DNA from: Microthyrium microscopicum
Lineage: Eukaryota
Length of the DNA: 64,000 nucleotides
NCBI GenBank assembly: GCA_010405405.1
Contig: MU004242.1
Span: forward strand, 717,751-781,750
Direction: 5' to 3'
In this document: piece by piece, positions 13,726 through 25,320 of the stretch
How the letters are laid out: each line of letters starts with the position of its first letter
How positions within the stretch are numbered: the first letter of the stretch is position 1
Translations under genes and position numbers: made by a program
The notes under the pieces: generated by a model
Seen by the model: only the letters and a program-made list of their open reading frames with translations
Databases searched by the model: none
Told to the model about the DNA's origin: nothing

Positions 13726-13992
13726 CCTGATATCCCAAATCTGCCTTATGAAAGAAACCTTATTGTGTACCCCACATCAATACGGGTTGCCCCTGACAAA
13801 CATTGGTTCTCAATTCTCAATCTATCTTTTTATCTGAAGTCTGATAGCCATCTCTTGGAGCTTTTGCGATTCCCAGGCAGCGTTTTCGTATTGCACCATT
13901 AGCTGGCACCCAAACGTCGAAGACCACAATACTTCAGATTTTCAGGTCATTCAATTCTAGCAATCATCAAAGAACATTTGGCGATCATAAAG

Positions 13993-14680
13993 ATGCCCAA
14001 AGAAGAGACTCCAGATGGTCTTCCTAGCTACCAGGAGACCATGAGCACACCGAGCGGCCATTCTCTAATGCAACAAACGCTTGGGGCTCGATCACAGCAC
14101 ATCCACCACATCACCTTAAGCCTGATACTACCAATACTTTCTCGGCGAGCTTCAAGAGGCCTTTCAAAAACAACGATAGCCATGGTTCCAGCACGGAGAT
14201 CCGGTAATTTATCCAGTACAAAGCAACTTGACAGTCTGTCCTATCTTTTTTACATCTCGCCGTACTATCGTAACAAAATACTGATATCTAAGTACAGATC
14301 GGAAAGAAAAGATGGAGATGGTAGGGCTGGCAGATTCCGACGAGTCGTACGAAGAGGTAGTACTTGAGGAGGAGATGGATACGCAAGAGTTTTGGGAACA
14401 ACCTGAGGCGTTGAGCGATTTGAGAAAGCTATTGAAGACTAGTATTGCCTCGTCAAATTGGTATGAGCAAGAAGAAGAATTGCCTGTGAGGCCGGTACAA
14501 AAGATTTCGAAAGGCTTTTTCGGGAAGAAGTCTCAACCAGTGACGGCGAGTCCGAAACGTCCGCAGGTTACCGTCGAAGTTGGGCATGAGGATATGTCAT
14601 ATCGTATTGAAAATTCTTTTGGCTTGTATGATACCATCGCAAAGCCGGCGATTGTGGTGAGGGTCAACACGAGGGCATAG
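13993..14680 (+). CDS. Hypothetical protein, 2 exons
   Basis: MPKEETPDGLPSYQET.. joins through intron 14204-14297 (GTAATT..TACAG) in frame to ..DRKEKMEMVG..YRIENSFGLYDT..IVVRV. Confidence 0.7.
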
Positions 14681-14837
14681 GGGGCGATCATAAGAGCACG
14701 CTGCATAGGATGACTTCTGATAGACAATTTGGTGCCGACCTTGTGGCCCATAAACCTGTTGCATCATGAATGATGTATACAATGATAGCATTGGAAACAC
14801 GCTACCAATCGCCGAAGAAAATATGCATATATTATTC

Positions 14838-16719
14838 TTAATAGAACCATCTGAATTCTGGCGAGGCCGGACCATTGCGCAACTTTTCAGTAGGAATATC
14901 TCGCACACTCAACGGTCCTGTCTTTCGGTCTCTTCTCTTATTGTCGAATATCATGTAAGAGCCAAGAATGATAGTCAATATTGCCCCCATACCTCCGAAA
15001 GCTGCGGTAGTTGCTAGAGCCGGAATGTATTTTGGTGCGTCCTTGGAGGTCATGTTAGCAAATCTTCTCAACCCGATTTCAAGCCTCTCATGCTACAGAG
15101 CAGAGAACTCACTTTGTTTTGAAAGATATTTGACGAAAGCACTCCCATCAAATTAGCCATGGGCACACCGACTGATGTTAGGACTAGCCGCTTTCCTTCA
15201 TGGGCAATATTGTTGTTGTACCAGACATCAAGAAGTACACTGGGAGCTGAAGTTCCCCTGAAAAAGTCAGTTTTGTCTTTCAGAGTTCAGAGCAACGTAC
15301 CAAGTCATCATGAATGTCGCAAAGTACGCAACATGAAGCTCGTCGAGCACGTCGATCGAAACATATATACAGAATCCAATGAAAGTGAATATGAATCCCA
15401 GAGCAATAAACGGAAATCTCAAGCGGGTATAATCGCTTGCAAAGGCTAGAACCAGCAGCATCACTGCTCCAGAAACATTCGGCGCGACTGTGTACAGATT
15501 CGTTTTGACTGGTGTGTATTTGAGTCTTGAAATGATTTGAGGAAGGAAGAGTTGCACTGATTGAAGTGGTACTCCCAGGCAAATCTCGATCGCGATGATG
15601 AGCCAGCTTGTCCAATGTTTGAAGATACTGATGGATTCTTTGAAGTTGAACTTTTCGTTGACCACACTGGAGCTGTCGATTTGCATTCGGTAGAACGCAA
15701 GTTTCTTTTCAGACTCTGATAAGAAAGTGGCATCTGCTGCACTATGTGGGAGATACCAAAAGGCGAAAATACTGAAAAGAGTTGTACAGGTTCCTTCGAT
15801 AATGAAGAGATATCTCCAACTGCTTAATGGTGCATTTTTGATCTGGAAAGTGCCAAAGGCCAAAAGTCCACCGAACGCAGATGCGATAGATTGAGCAGCA
15901 TAGAATAAGGCTAATCGTCTAGCTAGCTCACCTCGACGATAAAAGCTACAGACAGGTTAGTAGAGCAACGGGTGGACAAAATAATTGGCGTGCCCCAATC
16001 AAGTCGAATGGCTCCCACCAACGCTTCCAAACAGCAAGTACTATCAATCCCATCACAATCAATCGATAGTGGTGGAATAAACATAGTCCTTGGGAAATAA
16101 AGCACTCGATAGCAAAGCGTGGCAGATGGAAGCCATAGAAGTCAGTGGGGTCCGCCAGTTATTTTGTCCTTTGGTTGTAGTGCTTCAGCATGAATATATT
16201 AGGGACTTACGTTGTTTGATAGTAGATGACCAGAGGAAAGAAGGCCGATTCAGACATTCCAAGAAACCAGCGTAGAGTCATAAGTCCTCCAAAGTTCTTA
16301 ACGGCAGTTACAAGTAACGTAAGACAACCAAAGCAGAACATCATACAAGGTAGAACTTTATTAGGTCCGTACTTCTTCCCTAGTATTCCCAGGAATGGGG
16401 CTGTCAAGACGTATGGGATGAAGAATATACTGAGGATCAGATTGTACTGGCCATCTTTGAGGTGCAGGTCCTTTTCCAGTCCAGCTGTTTTGGCGTTTCC
16501 TAGATTCGATTTATCCAGAGAATTGAACAGATACATTACTGCCAAAACAGGCAAAATGCGCAAGTCGAATTTCCAAACGAGTATTCGCTCCGCCTTTGGG
16601 TCCATAATCATCTCTGTCTCTCCATCCTCGCCGATCACAGCCTGGGTTCCATCTTCTTTGATCTCGATAGCCTTGGAATGACTTCGGAGGGGGTCCTCAC
16701 CCTTCAAATCCAGAGACAT
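14838..16719 (-). CDS. MFS transporter, allantoate permease/TNA1-like (ACS family), 4 exons
   Basis: KFDLRILPVLAVMYLFNSLDKSNLGNAKT, RWFLGMSES, YQTT|FYRRGELARR, WRYLFIIEG. Introns 15946-16210, 15258-15300 and 15042-15112 restore the frame. Confidence 0.92.
15946..16210 (-). other. 265-nt structured (fold-back) intron, member of the ~54-bp-unit intron family
   Basis: GTAAGT..CTAAC..TAG boundaries. 16/17-bp inverted repeat 15974-15990 / 16153-16169 plus further nested stems. Carries the ATGGCTTCCATC..CGCT..ATCGAGTGCTTTATTTCCC unit. Confidence 0.8.
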
Positions 16720-16725
16720 AATTTT

Positions 16726-17143
16726 GATAAAACTGAGGTTCGTATTGCTGTTTGAACAGACCGGGCTGTTTCGAATAACCCTCGAAGACTCTTAACATGA
16801 AGCGGCAACCACTCATTTTTAACAGGTCCTCTTATCTCTCGTTGTAAAACTTTGATAAAGACAAGGATTTCTTGCGGGACTTTATGCTTGATAACGATCT
16901 TCGGTAGGGTTCTTATTGGTGGAGAGCTCCTCCGAAGCTGCAGCTACTGAGATCGTGCCCACCTAAGGCGAGGAGAACTGCAGCTTTTGAATCATTGAGT
17001 AGAAAAAGAAATGTTAGCCTGGGGAAGCTGTTGTAATGTACGGCCTACATGAGGAATCGGAGTGATCTCCGAGAAATCCGATGGCTATCATCTCAAAGGT
17101 TTTCGATGATTCTTGACCGGTTTCGGAATTTTTGGCTAGATAA
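16726..17143. promoter_or_regulatory. Cluster of GATAA sites upstream of the MFS gene (possible AreA/Nit2 nitrogen control)
   Basis: GATAA/TTATC at about 16726, 16832, 16854, 16890 and 17139. Confidence 0.4.
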
Positions 17144-17487
17144 AAGGCAATTAATAAAGTCTCGATTGGTAGATATACGCAAGTATCGTTGAAGCTTTTA
17201 GGACGGTGACATATATTTCATAATTCCAAGCAGACTGAACTACCTCTTGAGGGTTTCTGAACATCAGTGAACAATTAAGCTTCTTTTATGGACAGGTTTC
17301 GGGGTTTTCTGGTTCATAGAATGACACGACTGATATCATAAATTGGTGATTCTTAGACCGGCTTACTGACGTGTTGGAGGCCCATGATATCAGTGTAATA
17401 CTTCAATCAATGTGCCTATCCCTTGTATTCGTGATGCGTTAATCATTTATGGCCAATTGTGTATGAGGCAATGGTAGCAGCAATTGT

Positions 17488-18596
17488 TCACCATGGAAGC
17501 TGAAGAGGAATTGGAAGCTTGTCCTTTGGTCCGATGGTATCCTCAGCAGTTCCAATGTCTGCAGCGCCCCTTGGAGCCCAGTACGTTCCTGTTTTGGAGA
17601 TATCAAAAGTCTCAATCCAATCAATCAAAGATTTTGCAGCGACATCAGGTGTCACAGCTATTTCGAATCAGCCAACACGTACCCAGATAGATAAAGAGAG
17701 TGGACGAGGTCAACGGCATGGCAAAATAAAGGGTGTACTCCAACAACTCTGATGGCTACCACCAGCGCTGCTAACCAAGGTGCTTTACTTCCCATCGTAT
17801 CTAATAAATGCTCCCAGCCCGAGAGCCCTTGATGGGAAGTAAGGCACTCGACAACAGAGCGTAGCGTCTGGGCACCATCAGAGTTGATGGGAGTATGCCA
17901 TTTATTTCGACATGCAGTTGGAGGTATTGCAGATTAACTTACCTCCTCCTTCATCCCAAAACTTATCAAATCCCACCCCCTTGGTCATTTCAGTCCGCAT
18001 GAAGCCTGGATGAACCGAAACCACAGCGATACCTTGCTCTTTCATGTCCAAACTGAGCAGCTTGTTGACCATGTTTAACGCCGCCTTGCTCGCATGATGA
18101 CCATAATTGCCACCACCCTCCGATTCATGCCTCAACGTGATGCTGCCACTCTCTGAGCTGACCAGAATGACCTTTGAATCTTTTGCAAGTAAACCCGCTT
18201 TGACTAGCTTTTGGACTAGAAAGACAGGGCCAATAGCTGAGGTTGTGTACATTGTGACCTGTGCTGAATGTTAGAATTAGAGAATTCTGGTTCGACCATT
18301 TTGACAACCTGCGCATCCCAGTCGGGCTTGTCAAAAGTCTCCAAGCCAAAGAAGCCAGCGGTAACAATAAGTGTGTCGATGGAGCCTTTGATATCATTGA
18401 GACCTTTGATAACCTCGTCGCCTGCAGCAGGTGTACCGATATCGACACCAGTGATCCATTTGATGCTTGGGTCGCTATCTTTGGGAGCTGCTTTGCGACC
18501 TGTGCCGAAGACTGTATTCGAGCTGTCCTTGACGTATTGTTCGGCCAGTGATCTCCCAAGGCCGCGGGTTGCGCCGACGATTGCGATGTTTGGCAT
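17488..18596 (-). CDS. Short-chain dehydrogenase/reductase (C-factor/CsgA-like), 3 exons
   Basis: IAIVGATRGLG Rossmann motif, GHHASKAALN, VHPGFMRTEMT. Introns 18259-18308 and 17658-17942 give a last exon AVTPDVAAKSL..YWAPRG..LQLPW*. Confidence 0.9.
17658..17942 (-). other. 285-nt structured (fold-back) intron, member of the ~54-bp-unit intron family
   Basis: GTAAGT..CTGAT..TAG. Inverted repeats 17744-17755 / 17875-17886 (12/12) and 17780-17796 / 17831-17847 (16/17). Confidence 0.8.
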
Positions 18597-19103
18597 TGTG
18601 CCGAGAGTCGAGCTTTGATGGACGAAATACAGCGATGTTGCAGGAAGAAGGTTTCGTAGTAAGTTGTAGTAGGCACAGGGACGATGAAGAGCTAACATGA
18701 TATACGTCACTCCATGACACCTTACTCCTGCATTCCACCAAGTCGATTGCTAATTCTTGGTAAGCTTATCTGGGCCAGTGTAGTACTCTCTGGGCCAGTG
18801 GATACCATCCATTAGACGAAGCATAATAAATATTCCATTCTTCTTCATAAGACATCTTGGGAGGAATTAGTGCTTAGAAGATATAAAATGATTGGAACCT
18901 GCTCAGAACTTTGCCACCCCCCTACATCCGATGTCGGGTAGTATTGGATCCGGCACCATTTCTAATCTGTCTCCGCCACAGAAAATAGTTGATCGCCTCA
19001 ACATTTTTATAGGCTGGTCCTCACAAACAACCACATCTGGGATCAGAGGCCGTCGAGCCAAAGGCCTGATCACCACTTCATCACTCCCTAGTTCCTGGAT
19101 TTT

Positions 19104-20309
19104 ATGGCACCAACTCGACTGAACCTCCAGCGCCTACCCGCCGAGATTGTCGAGCTCATCTGCGAACATCTTGAGGATCACGACTTGATTTCTATCCGGA
19201 CTGTGTGCACGGCACTGTATTACCATAGTGTAAAAACTTGCGGATACCGATTATTCAGTGCTATCGGCACGAATCTTTCCAGAAAGAGCTTGGAAGCAAT
19301 TCGGGAACAATTTTCAAACTCCAGGTTCTCACCCTGTGTACACCATCTCAAAATACAGAGCAGTTGGCTTGAAAGAGCGAATGATCTAGGCCGGGGCTTC
19401 ACATGGAAACGAACAATATGTGGACGCCTCGAATATGACAACGAAGGGATCAAGGCTCTTGAGCAAATTCTTTTCAATATCTTTCCCAATTGTAGATCGT
19501 TCTCATTCGCGCCAAATCTGGATGATCGAGAACGCATTCCAACCGACGTAAAAGATGTCATCATGACTATGGACTGCGTTTCCATAATCTTCCTGATTGG
19601 CACTGAAACCGGGATGCCGATTCACGGATTCCATATGATTAGATCGAGATTCACATATCTCGATGACCTACAAGAATACGCGCCCGGATTTCTCGTGGAT
19701 ACCTGGTATCGATGCCCGCTCCGCCTGCTCGCAACCAAACCATTTAAAGAATCATGGAGTCATCTCACGGATCTGAGCTTAGCATTTGAGCTATCAAGCA
19801 CATCATCCTATCGCGCCCCAGACTGGGTCAAAGCCTTACTGTCTGGTACCCCTAGTCTGACATCGCTGGATCTCACGCTACATAGAATAGGCATCATGAT
19901 GCCACAAGACTTCCTTGATGTCTTGTGTTCCCCACGACGGAAGTATAACCTACGAACACTCGCACTGTCATCGGTAGGTATGCCATGGGAAGATCTTCTT
20001 CGACTATTGGATGCGCACCGCAATTCACTTACAAGTTTACAACTTCATCACTCGTCATTTCCGTATCGTCGGGGCCATGTTACGCTGCTTAATGAATTGG
20101 CTTCGATGCTTCCGCATCTGGACTTTATGAGTTTTGGCTGGCTGTTCCCAACATTGGATAACGATGAACAGATCTCCAGTGAAGACCGACAGGGGGTTAC
20201 CATATGGAGTGGAATGCGAAATTCGGAGCGTCAAGTTTTCAGAACTAGCTACTCTGGATCTGAAATCGTCAGAGCGTGTGGTATTATGCTTAAAGCTCTA
20301 GAAGAATGA
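19104..20309 (+). CDS. F-box-like / LRR-like hypothetical protein
   Basis: Intronless 401-aa ORF. N-terminal LQRLPAEIVELICEHLEDHDLISIRTVC motif; C-terminal LxxLxL repeats. Confidence 0.7.
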   Translation: MAPTRLNLQRLPAEIVELICEHLEDHDLISIRTVCTALYYHSVKTCGYRLFSAIGTNLSRKSLEAIREQFSNSRFSPCVHHLKIQSSWLERANDLGRGFTWKRTICGRLEYDNEGIKALEQILFNIFPNCRSFSFAPNLDDRERIPTDVKDVIMTMDCVSIIFLIGTETGMPIHGFHMIRSRFTYLDDLQEYAPGFLVDTWYRCPLRLLATKPFKESWSHLTDLSLAFELSSTSSYRAPDWVKALLSGTPSLTSLDLTLHRIGIMMPQDFLDVLCSPRRKYNLRTLALSSVGMPWEDLLRLLDAHRNSLTSLQLHHSSFPYRRGHVTLLNELASMLPHLDFMSFGWLFPTLDNDEQISSEDRQGVTIWSGMRNSERQVFRTSYSGSEIVRACGIMLKALEE

Positions 20310-20396
20310 AACGCAGTTCAAAACAAGACCGATCAATTGCCAAATGCGCTACTAATACACTACAATCTGCCACGTTATTACCACCCCCGTTGCAGT

Positions 20397-21239
20397 TCAG
20401 ATCACGACAACCGCTAAAGCCATGAGAGCTACGGACCCTAGCGGTGCCAATGAGCCCTTTGTGGCGCCAGAGAATTGTACCGCCTTCTGGCCATTGGTAC
20501 CTGTTGCTTTAGGCGCATTGGAAGCCTTTGGCGCTCTAGAAGCCTTGGGCGCCTTCGAAGCCTTTGCTGATGCCGACGCTTTCGCAGTGGGAGAAGCCGA
20601 TGCGCCAGGTGCTGGGGGAGCAGCCGCATTAGAATAAGCCTTGATGACCTTGTCGAGTGTTTCCGTGATACCAGCAGTCTGCTGCTTAGCCAACGGTCTC
20701 GCCAATACAGGGATTTTCTCCGACACCGAATCGACAAGATCTATCGAAGCAGATCGTTGCTGCTTCAATTGCGCCAGCACAGCGTCATTCAAGCCTGCCA
20801 TATTGACCACTGGTTGAATCTCGATCAGATCATTACTCAACTCATCCAAACTCGTTTGCAGTCCTTTAGCTGCGCGCTCAATGGCCAATGAGCCACCGAT
20901 ATCTGTGTCCCGCTCTTTATCAACATCGGCTTTTGCAGACACAAGCATCTTTCCTAGCATGTCGGCGTTTGTGGCAACGGCGCCTAAAGCTTGCATGTTG
21001 GTTGCGCTGACTTGCTTGACGGAGCCATCGAGAGCCATAACAGACTCTTGAACTGTGCTGAGTGCTTTCATGATTCCTTTGGCGGAGATGGCGCCACGGA
21101 TACTATCTTGGGATGTTGCAACCATCTGTGGGTCTGGTGCGCCGGGCATGGTGGCGGCCAGCGGAGGTGCTGCTGCTTGAGCGTTGACGGAGCCATAGGC
21201 GGCGGAGAGGAGAAGAATGAGTGTAGATTGGAGAAGCAT
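20397..21239 (-). CDS. Secreted/GPI-anchored cell wall protein, HsbA / Mp1p-like helical domain
   Basis: Signal peptide, amphipathic helical core (..VLAQLKQQRSASIDLVDSVSEKIP..), A/S/K/P-rich linker and hydrophobic C-terminal GPI-like tail. Confidence 0.75.
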   Translation of the reverse strand: MLLQSTLILLLSAAYGSVNAQAAAPPLAATMPGAPDPQMVATSQDSIRGAISAKGIMKALSTVQESVMALDGSVKQVSATNMQALGAVATNADMLGKMLVSAKADVDKERDTDIGGSLAIERAAKGLQTSLDELSNDLIEIQPVVNMAGLNDAVLAQLKQQRSASIDLVDSVSEKIPVLARPLAKQQTAGITETLDKVIKAYSNAAAPPAPGASASPTAKASASAKASKAPKASRAPKASNAPKATGTNGQKAVQFSGATKGSLAPLGSVALMALAVVVI

Positions 21240-22245
21240 GTTTATCAGAGATTGAAGTGAATGTGATTTAAAAGTGAGTGTTTAGCTGGAGACTGGATGA
21301 ACTACCTGGTCTCCCAGTGTTGGGAAACAAGTTTTTATATACTTTATCAATAGCATCTTCACATAATGTTTTGAATCCTCTTCATTTATCTAATTATAAA
21401 GCATGCGGACTTTGACTCAGGAACTGAATATGGCCGTATGAGGAAATACATCCTCTCGTGTTGGCAAAGGTTTGAAACTCGATATCCGGGGGTCATCGCT
21501 TAGAAGAGATACCGGTAATGTTGATGGTCACAAACATCCAACGGGATAACTTCAGCTAGCTGGACTTATTGAAGACCATGCGCACATATGCCATGATAGC
21601 ATAATGACATGATCGAAGTCGTCCAGGACTGTTGTTTTATACTCTTGAATAGCCGGGGCATAATTTGAGATTTCGAATACACAGAGTTAGCCAAAAGATT
21701 ATGTTGATAGCTTCATGCTTAAAGAAATCTACGGCCAAAGAAGGCTGAAACTCTTCGAATATGTTCTTAATCCATAGCCTCTGTTGTAGATTTAATCACC
21801 AAGAAGTGTTGAATCGTTCATTCTATGGATTCCGCCAGGGCTTCTAGAACCCTTTAACACATAAGCTATTCTTACAGCGAAACATGTTTATATAGACTAT
21901 TGAGACGAATTCTCAAACTGTTTACACTTGACACCTGTAACGCCAATATTTAAGCGAAGTCTACCACATACCAAATAATTTGTGAATATTGCTGCATCGT
22001 GTAATGTAGTGATCTTGGTGCCCTGAAGTATTCAGGAGTTTATGGCCCAAGCTAATAGCATTATGCGCAAAGACTGACGGTATGTAAGAATGAAAGGGAT
22101 AGCAGCGTATTAGAACATAATTAAGTAGCAAACTCATTATCATAAGAGAATAGAATGATTAGAAAGCTCAAAAGATGTCAACCATCTCAAGATAATCAAT
22201 CTCTGAAAGCCAGCCAGCACTGGCAGTGCTCACCGACTTCAGCCT

Positions 22246-23406
22246 TTAAGCATACTTCCGATCCTTAAACCCTGCAATAAGCTCCACAGTCCCATCCCCA
22301 GACTCCGCATACTTCTTCGCCGCAATCTCAGGATTCAGCTGAATCGTCTGCTTAGCCTTAACCCACTCTTCCATCGTTACTGGCTTCTCAAACCTGCTCT
22401 TCACGCCTGCCGCATTCAACACTGGGCTATCCACAATAGGCTCCAACACCACATCGTTATGTGGTCGTGAGAAGTATAGGAGTCCTGTACGTTCGTATTC
22501 CCACTGATCCTTCGGTGGCGCCACAACACGGTGGATGCTAGATTTGAGCCATCCGCCCGTGATGTGTGAGATGGTATCGGCCAGGTTCACAGTGATCGTG
22601 CCAGGCTGTGCGGAGACGTAAGTCCATTTACCGTCATCGCCGAGAATTTGTAGCCCGGCGACGGGTTGGCGGAAGAGAAGGGTTACGGTCCCGAGATCAG
22701 TGTGGCCGCCGGAGTGGCCGAAACCGCTGGCTTCGTGCTCTTCAGGGGTACGTTTGTGGTAGATCATGTAGCGGAAGTGATCTTCGCTTTTCTTGTCATA
22801 GGTGTGTTGGCGGACTAGATAGTCTTCATCTGGCAGTTGGAGGACAATCGCGAAGAGACGCAGGAGGGGGAGAACGACATTGGAGTGGAGCGATTTGGAG
22901 AAGTGCTCAATCTCAGGTAAATGCGCATTTAGAAGGTCTGGGCGTGTGTATTTTCCTTCAAAGTCTGGGGTGAACTTTGGGATGTTGAAGATTTCGACGG
23001 CGTCGACGGTAGAGCCGTTCTTGCTGCGTCCTGCGCGGCGCCAGCCGTTGTAGTTTGCGGTTTCGTACTTGACCTCGTGTTTGGCTTTCTCTTCGGTGGG
23101 GAGTTCAAAGAAGTGTTTGGCGAGCGTGAATTGTTGGTCGATCTGGGTTTGGTTGAGGCCAAAGTTCTTGACGTAGAAGAAGCCGACGTGGTGGACTGCG
23201 TGCTCGAGTTGTTTGGCTAGTCTTTCCTTTCCGCCTGGGCGGTCATAATCTTCGAGGTCGAGTGTGACTAGCTCTGCCCATGGAAGCTCTTCTTTTGTTT
23301 CTGGGGGATGGACATATGGAGTCAAGTTTTCGTAGCTGTATTGAGCTGGATTCTCTACAGGAAAGGAGACCTGAGGTTTGGCGGTTTTCGTAATGACAGC
23401 AGACAT
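22246..23406 (-). CDS. 2-oxoglutarate/Fe(II)-dependent oxygenase (IPNS/DIOX family)
   Basis: LVTLDL..VGFFYVKNFG; the HTD...H facial triad (GHTDLGTVTLLF, SSIHRVVAPP). Confidence 0.9.
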   Translation of the reverse strand: MSAVITKTAKPQVSFPVENPAQYSYENLTPYVHPPETKEELPWAELVTLDLEDYDRPGGKERLAKQLEHAVHHVGFFYVKNFGLNQTQIDQQFTLAKHFFELPTEEKAKHEVKYETANYNGWRRAGRSKNGSTVDAVEIFNIPKFTPDFEGKYTRPDLLNAHLPEIEHFSKSLHSNVVLPLLRLFAIVLQLPDEDYLVRQHTYDKKSEDHFRYMIYHKRTPEEHEASGFGHSGGHTDLGTVTLLFRQPVAGLQILGDDGKWTYVSAQPGTITVNLADTISHITGGWLKSSIHRVVAPPKDQWEYERTGLLYFSRPHNDVVLEPIVDSPVLNAAGVKSRFEKPVTMEEWVKAKQTIQLNPEIAAKKYAESGDGTVELIAGFKDRKYA

Positions 23407-24696
23407 TTTCGAAGTGTAGAGTAGAAAGATTTTATGATGTGTTCAGTGATTGAGTTTGTTGCTTCCCTTTGTAGCTCTAAATGCTGTTAAGTTTGATATC
23501 TCTACCCACATTTTTCGTAATAGCTGCCCCTGTATGTCACCATTAATTGCTTACCAAGTCATGCTCAACAACCAATATAGTTCAAGATGTAGAAAAGCAA
23601 AAACATGCTAAAAACGGGTATCGCGGCTATAGTAGCCAGAAGGTTCAGCGAATTCGGCGATGGTGAGATATCTTGGGCATTGCGTGATCGAAGACTATAT
23701 CACCAAATACAAGCTGTCAAAATTGTTCGACAACACATTATTGAGTCTAGTATCGTGCCTGTGATGTTTCCAGTGATTGATAGCACTCGAAAGAAAATGC
23801 TGCCATTGATCTGTGCGTGACTTTGATCTAACATTCCATCAAAGGACGCGCTCGAGAACATTTCCTGACCTGGATGAGAGTGGGGCCGATCAGTTGATCC
23901 TCGAAGTACATTTGGTCTCTCAACACGAGCAATGCTGCACGAAGTAGATCGACCATCTGGCCTTTGTCGTGATTCCAAGAACTAAAGGTGATACTGCTCC
24001 AGTCGTCCGGTCAAATCGTGAGCGCCAGTTTCTGCAACCTTGAAGAGCCTTAGAAAAGAGGAGGCGCATATTCGGGGGCCCACATTGGCCTGTATTGCTC
24101 AAGAAAGATGGCCAATGCCTGCGAGATAATTCGGTCTTATTCTCTTCCCCAACGTTTATGCTTTTTTATGCCGCGCGTGCATAGGGACATATGGATAAGC
24201 CATCTGGCATGTTCGCAAGTGTATGCGATAGGTTTGAAGTCATGTCGTTGGAAGAATGTCCTTGATTCGAGTCGTCATGCAGGTTTTCCGCGTTACTATA
24301 TAATGATTGTTTAAGCTTGAAGGAGTCTCAAATGCATGGTAGACCTGGTGACTTGATGTTTCCTCTGGCAGATTCTAGAAGGTTTGTCGAGTGTCGTGTT
24401 CTTAGATTTCCATACTTGAAACTTTGAAGCGCTGCATGTCGGGAGCATCATGGCAAGGTCTAGCTGAAGCTCTTCCAACTAGAAATTCCCAGGGATGCAA
24501 ACTTTTCAAGGCATCTTGCCTAAATAATCAAGCCCTGGGAGCCATTAGCGTATAGCCCATCAGTGATGTTCGAAGTACTTACAGAATAGTCGCATCGGAT
24601 GTATACGTTCGACTTGAGCCCGACATGACCACTATTCCTATGACTCTTGACCCTTCCAAAAAGATAAGGGAGTCCATGATCAAAATTCAAGAATCC

Positions 24697-25320
24697 TCAA
24701 CTACCCTCACCACCCTTCTTATCCCCATTAGCATCAAAGCCCAGCGCATCCAACTTCTTGATCAACTCATTGATCTGAATAACCTTATTAATCTGTTCCG
24801 GCAGTAACGGCGCCCCCTGACTTTCCTGCTTGCTCTTCAACTCTCTCGCCTGTCGTAGCTTTTTCGCCAACTTTTTAGCCTCCTTCTCTTTATCATCCAC
24901 CTTAACCTCTTCCTGTTTCTCCCCCTTACCCTCATCCTCTACCACCTTATCCCCACCCTTCTTCACCCCCTTCCCTTCTGAATCCCCATCACCAGTCTTA
25001 GCGGCGGCGGCAGCTTTTTTCCGCGCCTCTCTCCGTTTTGCATTTTTATTTGCTGTGGCACCACCCTTGTTTTCCTCATCGACAGCCTCGGCGCCTATGA
25101 CTCCGCCTTTGGAGCGGTTGGACCATGCTTCGGCAGTGCGGTTGCGGTAGACTTCTACATCTTCGGGTGGTCGATAGCCTGGGCGGATTTTTATCTCTTT
25201 GCGGAGGGAACCGTCTGGACGAACGGACGCGGGGATGTGACGGATGCCGTTTTCGTCTGTTGTGATGCCTGACTTTGTTGACTGTGTTGGCTCTGTCAGT
25301 GGGGGAGGGGATGGTGCCAT
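24697..25320 (-). CDS. PYM1: WIBG/PYM Mago-binding domain protein
   Basis: RHIPASVRPDGSLRKEIKIRPGYRPPEDV Mago-bind motif; C-terminal KKLRQARELK..LLPEQ..K. Confidence 0.85.
   Translation of the reverse strand: MAPSPPPLTEPTQSTKSGITTDENGIRHIPASVRPDGSLRKEIKIRPGYRPPEDVEVYRNRTAEAWSNRSKGGVIGAEAVDEENKGGATANKNAKRREARKKAAAAAKTGDGDSEGKGVKKGGDKVVEDEGKGEKQEEVKVDDKEKEAKKLAKKLRQARELKSKQESQGAPLLPEQINKVIQINELIKKLDALGFDANGDKKGGEGS

Noticed and set aside
15946..16210. TPP riboswitch in the transporter intron
   Set aside because: No TPP aptamer core (CUGAGA..ACCUGA-type motifs) seen; the structure is explained by the shared repeat unit.
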